Positions 34,591-39,395 of a DNA stretch of 39,395 nucleotides are shown here, in pieces (positions within the stretch are counted from its first letter, which is position 1; each line of letters starts with the position of its first letter). This DNA comes from a virus (taxonomy: Duplodnaviria > Caudoviricetes). Made by a program: the position numbers and the translations under genes. Below the pieces are notes generated by a model. That model did not search any database, had not been told where the DNA came from, and saw nothing but the letters and a program-made list of their open reading frames with translations. Location: positions 1 to 39,395 of the IMG/VR virus record IMGVR_UViG_3300032259_000008, one strand, 5' to 3'.

Positions 34591-34992
34591 TTATAAAAAT
34601 CTAATTATTTCATTTAGGGCATCATCACCCACTAATTCTAAACAAACATCAATCGCAACACTGTAGAACTCTTCAAATTCTGCATTATCCATGCTATGAA
34701 ATGCTATTGACTTTGTAACTATAAGTTTATCCCCATTTAACGTAAATATCGTTTCGTAATATCCTCCCCTAAATTTAACTGCTTCGTGAATATTATCAAC
34801 TGTTTTGTAATGCTCTTGATTTAACTTCACTTGATTAAGTAGTGCGAAGTATTTTTTATGGAACTTCATATTTCTACGAGGCTTATAAGTCATATAGACT
34901 GGACTACCTACCTTTATTCTTTGTACTGCCCTAACTCCCTCATCAGTTATCGGAATTAACCCATCTTTAGTTTTAAGTAGTTCAATTTCCAT
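34591..34992 (-). CDS. DUF1367 family protein
   Basis: PRRN.KFH.KYFALL...KSIAF.SMD..EF.EFY. Confidence 0.85.
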   Translation of the reverse strand: MEIELLKTKDGLIPITDEGVRAVQRIKVGSPVYMTYKPRRNMKFHKKYFALLNQVKLNQEHYKTVDNIHEAVKFRGGYYETIFTLNGDKLIVTKSIAFHSMDNAEFEEFYSVAIDVCLELVGDDALNEIIRFL

Positions 34993-35230
34993 TTATATAC
35001 TCCCATTTATAACCACCAGCATGAGGTCTTTCACCACGACAAACTGATGCAATGTTTGATGGAGAAATTTTTGTATCTCTATGTGCTGACTGTACTGAAT
35101 AATAATCACTTATATAATCACCGTTCATTGAATATTTCTTCACTGCTTTACTCATTTTATTGTAAGCGTTTACACTTGCATCATCAACGGGAACTAATCC
35201 CGTTTCTGTTTTAACTAGGTGTAGGAGCAT
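34982..35230 (-). CDS. NUMOD1 DNA-binding domain protein with DUF1367-like N-terminus
   Basis: V..Y...G..I..Y.S...A.R.T.I....I..VC.G.R..AGGYKW. Confidence 0.7.
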   Translation of the reverse strand: MLLHLVKTETGLVPVDDASVNAYNKMSKAVKKYSMNGDYISDYYSVQSAHRDTKISPSNIASVCRGERPHAGGYKWEYINGN

Positions 35231-35750
35231 TGTCAACTTCCACATCAATAACATCTTCTTTTTTCTTCTTTTGCTTATTTATTTTAAGTTTAGCTGGAAT
35301 AAAATCAGATGTTTTTGTTGTCGTAATATTTTTTAATTCTGCTTTACCTAAACCAATAAGCAATTCTTCTATCTCTTCATTAGGTATAAGAGGTGTGAAC
35401 ACTTTTTTAGTCTCTTCTGTATCTTTAGCTTCCTTTTCAGCTATGATAGTAACAGAGGAGCAAATATTCCCATCTAATCGTTCAATTCCTGATTCAGTTA
35501 AAAACTTTGCACCCTCAACTTTAATATATTCTATTTGAGATTTCAAATCCTTTTCTTTATCAGATATTTGCTTTTTAAGGTCTGCTAAATAGTCTATCTC
35601 ATTTTGAAGATTATCAACAGAAAAAGCAATGTAGTCCGCTAGACCACTTTCAATAGGAAGGCTAGCTTTTGTAATAGTTTTTACTTTCCAATTTAGAGTG
35701 TCTGCAACATCGTCGGTTTTTTCTAAGCTAGTTTTCTTTGTCAGTTGCAT
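35211..35750 (-). CDS. siphovirus Gp157-like coiled-coil protein
   Basis: Coiled coil followed by L...GI.RL.G...S, adjacent to recombinase. Confidence 0.55.
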   Translation of the reverse strand: MQLTKKTSLEKTDDVADTLNWKVKTITKASLPIESGLADYIAFSVDNLQNEIDYLADLKKQISDKEKDLKSQIEYIKVEGAKFLTESGIERLDGNICSSVTIIAEKEAKDTEETKKVFTPLIPNEEIEELLIGLGKAELKNITTTKTSDFIPAKLKINKQKKKKEDVIDVEVDNAPTPS

Positions 35751-36447
35751 TTGATTCCTTTATTTGTTTTTTCTTTAGTAGCATTGTTACTATTTTTCCT
35801 GCTTCATCTGTGAACAGATCAACGAGCTCATCAACTCCAAAAACATCACAAATAGCTTTTTCTTCTGTTTCAGTTTCGATCATAAGCTCTTTAATTGTTT
35901 TTAAATTAACAGGAGTTACATGCTTTTTAGGAAGAAATCTATCTTCAAGCATTGGAGCTTTCCAATAAAATTCTTTGTTCGCTTTAGTTTTTACTTTCTC
36001 GTAAGGCTCTTTTTCATGTTTCTGTAATTTCTTAAATGCTTCAGCGGAAATTGTTATGGCGTATACAGCCTCTACATCATATAAATATCTGCCTATGTTA
36101 AATTGTACTGCTGCCCGCTTCATTGAGCCACTAAGCCCACCCTTTGTCGCTTCTATGTTGGTATTATCAGCACCATCGTATTTTGTTATCCATTCACCAT
36201 CATATTTTATTGAAATTCCACATAACGCACCATTCCCAACACTATTTGGTAAAGGGCTAAATTCATTCTTCCACCCAAAAACACCAAATACATCATCAAG
36301 TCTTTGTTGAATCGCTCTATTTGTAACGTAAGCGATTATTCTCGCCCAGTCTCTATCTCCTGATGTTCCAGCTTGTTGCACTCTCCATTCTAAGTCACTA
36401 GCACTAAAAGGCTGTGCTAACTCTCTCTGTATTCGCTTCGCATTCAT
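35728..36447 (-). CDS. Rad52/Sak-family single-strand annealing protein
   Basis: L..PF.....EWRVQ, YV..RAI..RLD.V.G..GW, KGG.S.SMKRAAVQ..IGRYLY. Confidence 0.92.
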   Translation of the reverse strand: MNAKRIQRELAQPFSASDLEWRVQQAGTSGDRDWARIIAYVTNRAIQQRLDDVFGVFGWKNEFSPLPNSVGNGALCGISIKYDGEWITKYDGADNTNIEATKGGLSGSMKRAAVQFNIGRYLYDVEAVYAITISAEAFKKLQKHEKEPYEKVKTKANKEFYWKAPMLEDRFLPKKHVTPVNLKTIKELMIETETEEKAICDVFGVDELVDLFTDEAGKIVTMLLKKKQIKESNATDKEN

Positions 36448-36456
36448 TTCCCAACC

Positions 36457-36615
36457 TTAAGTATTTTCATCTAACCATGCAGTTAGTTTTTCTTTATCTG
36501 TTCCAACTTTTTGGACTGCTGTGTCAATGTCTCTAATCTCTAGTTTGTAATTGATATCGTCGTTATGTCTACTCATTGCGTAAACTGCGAAAAAATCTAA
36601 TAATTCAGTGCTCAT
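36457..36615 (-). CDS. small hypothetical protein (52 aa)
   Basis: GGGGAG RBS; fills gap upstream of recombinase. Confidence 0.5.
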   Translation of the reverse strand: MSTELLDFFAVYAMSRHNDDINYKLEIRDIDTAVQKVGTDKEKLTAWLDENT

Positions 36616-36916
36616 TTGTTCTCTCCCCACTTTCTATTTTTCTTACTCCAAAACTCTACGATTAAAGCTGCTATTAAAAACGAACCCAAAAACAATTCAA
36701 TTATAAATGAATCAATCATTATTTTTCCTCATCTTTAATATGCTTACAAATTTTATAAAGATAGTAAAAGATAGTTGCTAACAACACCGCAACTACAAAT
36801 CCAACTCCATAAAGTACATTTTCATTCATTATCCTAACTCCTTCGTTCTCCTAAAAGAACTTAAAAGAATCTATGTGTAAACTCTTTTAAACTCTTTGAT
36901 AGAGGCGGTTAAGCCC

Positions 36917-37375
36917 CTATTCTTTAAAACTTTTAAAGTCTACAGGAAGTTCAATAATAATTCCCGTGCAATAGACTTCATCTTTTTCATCATTTTCATA
37001 GACAATAAAATCTTTTGATTCAATGCCCTCTCTAACTTTATAGCTAAAGGCACCGCTCTTCTCAGTATCGTACCCTATAATTTCTTTACCCTCTGAATCT
37101 GCTATTTTCCCACACCAATAGATTTCTAGCCCTAATTGTGAGGCTTCTGATTCTAATTGTTCATCATCAATACTAATAAGAGTGTCGCCGTCCCAACCAT
37201 AACCATGCTCGATATAATCAGTTAAGTAAGAATCAGCACCATAACAATACATTAAATCATCACTACCGCCAACGATTATAACAAAACCATTCTCTTTCGC
37301 TATCTGCTTTGCTTCTTCTGGAACATCTCTTGTGTACTCTATGCCGTTAAGCAATTTATAAAGCTTTTGAATCAT
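36917..37375 (-). CDS. conserved hypothetical phage protein, first gene of leftward operon
   Basis: AKENG.VI..G.SDDLM...YC.GII; AAGGA RBS. Confidence 0.75.
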   Translation of the reverse strand: MIQKLYKLLNGIEYTRDVPEEAKQIAKENGFVIIVGGSDDLMYCYGADSYLTDYIEHGYGWDGDTLISIDDEQLESEASQLGLEIYWCGKIADSEGKEIIGYDTEKSGAFSYKVREGIESKDFIVYENDEKDEVYCTGIIIELPVDFKSFKE

Positions 37376-37585
37376 TCTATATCCTTTTGTTTTAAACTCT
37401 TTGTGAAGATGTAGGCTGATATCTTTCGGGCAAGTATACTCGCTGTATGTGAGACATTAACATCTTCATCAAAAGTTTAACAATAATAAGTTAAATAACG
37501 CAGAAGAAAAAGGGTGAGCGTTCCGTTTATGGTATCGTCTCACTTTTATCGTTTTTGAAGTTCTCTTTTTCGTTCTGTTAGTCTA

Positions 37586-37693
37586 ATTGTAGTGGAATAA
37601 AACTTAAATGGATATTAAGAAGTGTGGCAACATTCGTGACAACATGACAAAAGAAAGATTTAAGGTTAATGTGGCTACAATTTGACATGACAT
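37586..37693. promoter_or_regulatory. divergent early promoters with operator-like repeats
   Basis: Minus TTTAAGT(37602-08)...TACAAT(37586-91); plus TTTAAG(37659-64)...TACAAT(37676-81); gtg(g/a)c(a/t)aca repeats. Confidence 0.6.
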
Positions 37694-37714
37694 TAAAAAG
37701 AGAGGGATAAGAAG

Positions 37715-38170
37715 ATGATACAAGGTAAACAAAAGTTAGTAGAGTATTTAGGTAAAGAAGAATTAACATGGAGTGATTTAGAGCATATGCTTCCATTGTT
37801 TGGAACTATGATAGGTGAGATTTCAGATATGAACTTCTTTAGAAAAAATGGAGTTGCTGAAATTCAAGAAAGTTTAGAGTCAATGCTATTTCAATTAAAT
37901 GGGTTAGGTAAGTCACTTATACAAATATCTGACAACTTAGATAGCGAGATAAACCAATGGTGGGATAGAGGCGAAGAACAATATGAAGAATTTAGAGAGA
38001 AAAATAAAAGACTAAAAGATAAATTTGAGAATATTCCAAAAATAGAAATTCCAGACATTATGATTCCTTACTCTTTTGAAAAAGCAATAGAGATTGCAGA
38101 AAAGCTAGACACTATGAATCCAGAAACTAGAAAGCTTCTTTTAGAGCTATATAAGCAAAAGGATAAATAA
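37715..38170 (+). CDS. helical hypothetical protein, first gene of rightward operon
   Basis: GAGGGA RBS, 151 aa. Confidence 0.7.
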   Translation: MIQGKQKLVEYLGKEELTWSDLEHMLPLFGTMIGEISDMNFFRKNGVAEIQESLESMLFQLNGLGKSLIQISDNLDSEINQWWDRGEEQYEEFREKNKRLKDKFENIPKIEIPDIMIPYSFEKAIEIAEKLDTMNPETRKLLLELYKQKDK

Positions 38171-38337
38171 TGGCAAAAGACGAAATATTTAAAATGAGAA
38201 TGACTAAAAAAGCAAAAGAAGATTTGTTTAGAGTAGCAGAAGAAAACGGAAAGTCTGCCTCTGATTATGCAAGTGAAGCGATAGAAAACAGAGTGAAAAG
38301 ACATGACGCTAAGTCAAGCAAAGCAAAGGGTATGTGA
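38170..38337 (+). CDS. ribbon-helix-helix (CopG/Arc-like) DNA-binding protein (55 aa)
   Basis: MAKDEIFKMRMTKKAKEDLFRVAEENGKSASDYASEAIE; AAGGA RBS; coupled at both ends. Confidence 0.7.
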   Translation: MAKDEIFKMRMTKKAKEDLFRVAEENGKSASDYASEAIENRVKRHDAKSSKAKGM

Positions 38338-38825
38338 TGACTAAAGAAGAATTTTTTATTATGAAAGATAAAGTGTTTAAAGAATATGATGAATCACACA
38401 ATGAAACATTAGAACTTTTTAATAGTGGTGAAAAAGATATAGCTAAATACAAAAGAAAGTTTTTAACTACGAGAAGCAAAGAGAGTGAAAACTTTGACGG
38501 GTGTTCTGCTCAAGAAATTATTAACATTTGTAATGATTTTATAGAACAAGAAAATTCAGAGGTGCTAATTGAGACCTCTGCTAAATTTGAGACTGAATTT
38601 GAAGAAAGCATTGATTATCTTTTCTATCAATACTATGAGCCAACTCTCTATAACGAACAAACAAGAAAATCAAATGTCAGAGAAGAGTTTGGAGAAATAC
38701 TGAGACCTAAAAAATATCAAGGCTTTACTAAAAGTGTTGATTGTTCGCTAATGACATTGTTTAAAGATGGAGTATTATCATTTGAAGCATTACAAAAGAT
38801 AGTCTATACAGACTGTGAAATATAG
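38334..38825 (+). CDS. hypothetical protein
   Basis: 163-aa ORF overlapping upstream stop. Confidence 0.7.
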   Translation: MMTKEEFFIMKDKVFKEYDESHNETLELFNSGEKDIAKYKRKFLTTRSKESENFDGCSAQEIINICNDFIEQENSEVLIETSAKFETEFEESIDYLFYQYYEPTLYNEQTRKSNVREEFGEILRPKKYQGFTKSVDCSLMTLFKDGVLSFEALQKIVYTDCEI

Positions 38826-38859
38826 ATAGATTAAATTTGTTATATAAGGGGAGAAGATG
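38823..38859 (+). repeat. 37-bp intergenic/RBS repeat, copy 2
   Basis: Matches 149-185 with one mismatch. Confidence 0.95.
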
Positions 38860-39063
38860 AGTGTTGAAAAAGAATATTATCAATGTAGTCATACGAGAAA
38901 ATGTAAATGGGTAGGTGAATACTCAGATTTAAGAAGTGTACGCAATAAAAAGCACCCCGATATAGAAATGTATGATATGGGTTGTCCTTATTGCGGAAAC
39001 TTAGAACACTATATTATAAATGAAGAAGAGTATCAAAAAAAACTTGCAAATATAAGGGAATAA
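38857..39063 (+). CDS. small zinc-binding protein
   Basis: YYQC.....C.W.G...CPYCG. Confidence 0.7.
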   Translation: MSVEKEYYQCSHTRKCKWVGEYSDLRSVRNKKHPDIEMYDMGCPYCGNLEHYIINEEEYQKKLANIRE

Positions 39064-39064
39064 A

Positions 39065-39364
39065 ATGATAGTGGGTATGCCAAAAGACAAAGCCATGAGA
39101 TTTAACAAAGCTGAACTAAATAAACGTGTTCAATTCATAATCGAAAAAGAAGTTTGTCAAGTTTGCGAAGAGGGCTATAACTTAGACTATCCACATCATG
39201 CAGTTTATGGTTTAGGTAAAAAAGACGATAGAACACTTGTAAATATCTGCATAGAGTGCCATAGAAAGATACATCAAGACGGTTACGCAAAAGTAGCTAA
39301 AACACGTGAAGAGATTGAAGTGATAGGTTGGGAAAATGACGCAGATTATACCGCTAGAAACTGA
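39065..39364 (+). CDS. HNH-family endonuclease, second allele of 596-895
   Basis: Same protein with two substitutions (V11M, T16A). Confidence 0.8.
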   Translation: MIVGMPKDKAMRFNKAELNKRVQFIIEKEVCQVCEEGYNLDYPHHAVYGLGKKDDRTLVNICIECHRKIHQDGYAKVAKTREEIEVIGWENDADYTARN

Positions 39365-39395
39365 AGAACAAAAAGCGTTAGTGCAATATCTAAAC
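39065..39395 (+). repeat. imperfect repeat of 596-926 (circular overlap)
   Basis: 13 substitutions by hand count; last 127 bp identical to 800-926. Confidence 0.95.

Larger units (their letters stand above)
596..39064. mobile_element. P22-like podovirus genome, one full circular unit (~38.5 kb)
   Basis: Complete packaging/head/tail/ejection/lysis gene order; sequence from 39065 re-enters the sequence at 596. Confidence 0.9.

Noticed and set aside
4501-36310. Plus-strand ORFs antisense to recognised genes (e.g. 4501-4749, 6511-6813, 8843-9181, 9971-10264, 18840-19151, 26286-26657, 34025-34276, 35230-35538, 36056-36310)
   Set aside because: Shadow frames of well-supported minus-strand genes, with no RBS or motifs.
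37496-37580. Complete attC site (TAAC...GTTA-bounded hairpin)
   Set aside because: Core sites do not fit RYYYAAC/GTTRRRY well, there is no integron integrase, and its position at a predicted TSS favours a leader RNA.
37578-38304. Minus-strand ORFs 37578-37796 and 38068-38304
   Set aside because: They overlap the promoter region and better-supported plus-strand genes.
39065-39395. Physical direct terminal repeat
   Set aside because: The matching copy is internal (596-926), imperfect and ends in an exact 127-bp overlap, which fits an assembly loop better.

Overview
Near-complete AT-rich podovirus genome with a P22-like virion module on the minus strand: terS, terL, portal, scaffold, gp5-like coat, gp4/gp10-like tail proteins, three ejection proteins, beta-helix tailspike and an M15 endolysin. 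The minus strand also carries lambdoid-type recombination and replication genes (Rad52/Sak, Gp157-like, DUF1367, SSB-like, DUF6291 initiator, helicase loader-like, DNA methyltransferase). A plus-strand accessory operon wraps around the window ends (HNH, VRR-NUC, YopX-like, MazG-like). The last 331 bp (39065-39395) repeat 596-926, implying a circular unit of about 38,469 bp, but the two copies have different upstream genes. I found no integrase, CI repressor, polymerase, tRNA or CRISPR array. AAGGA ribosome-binding sites and TTTAAG/TGnTATAAT promoters suggest a Campylobacterota host (inference). Most notable: a Tad2/DUF2829 sponge fused to a second domain right after the capsid gene, with a related domain in the next gene; an ADP-ribosyltransferase-like C-terminus on the largest ejection protein; a ~730-bp non-coding array of promoters and hairpins; apparent gene-cassette swapping between short conserved repeats; and an orphan receiver-domain protein. 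All family calls come from motif recognition by eye; no searches were run.
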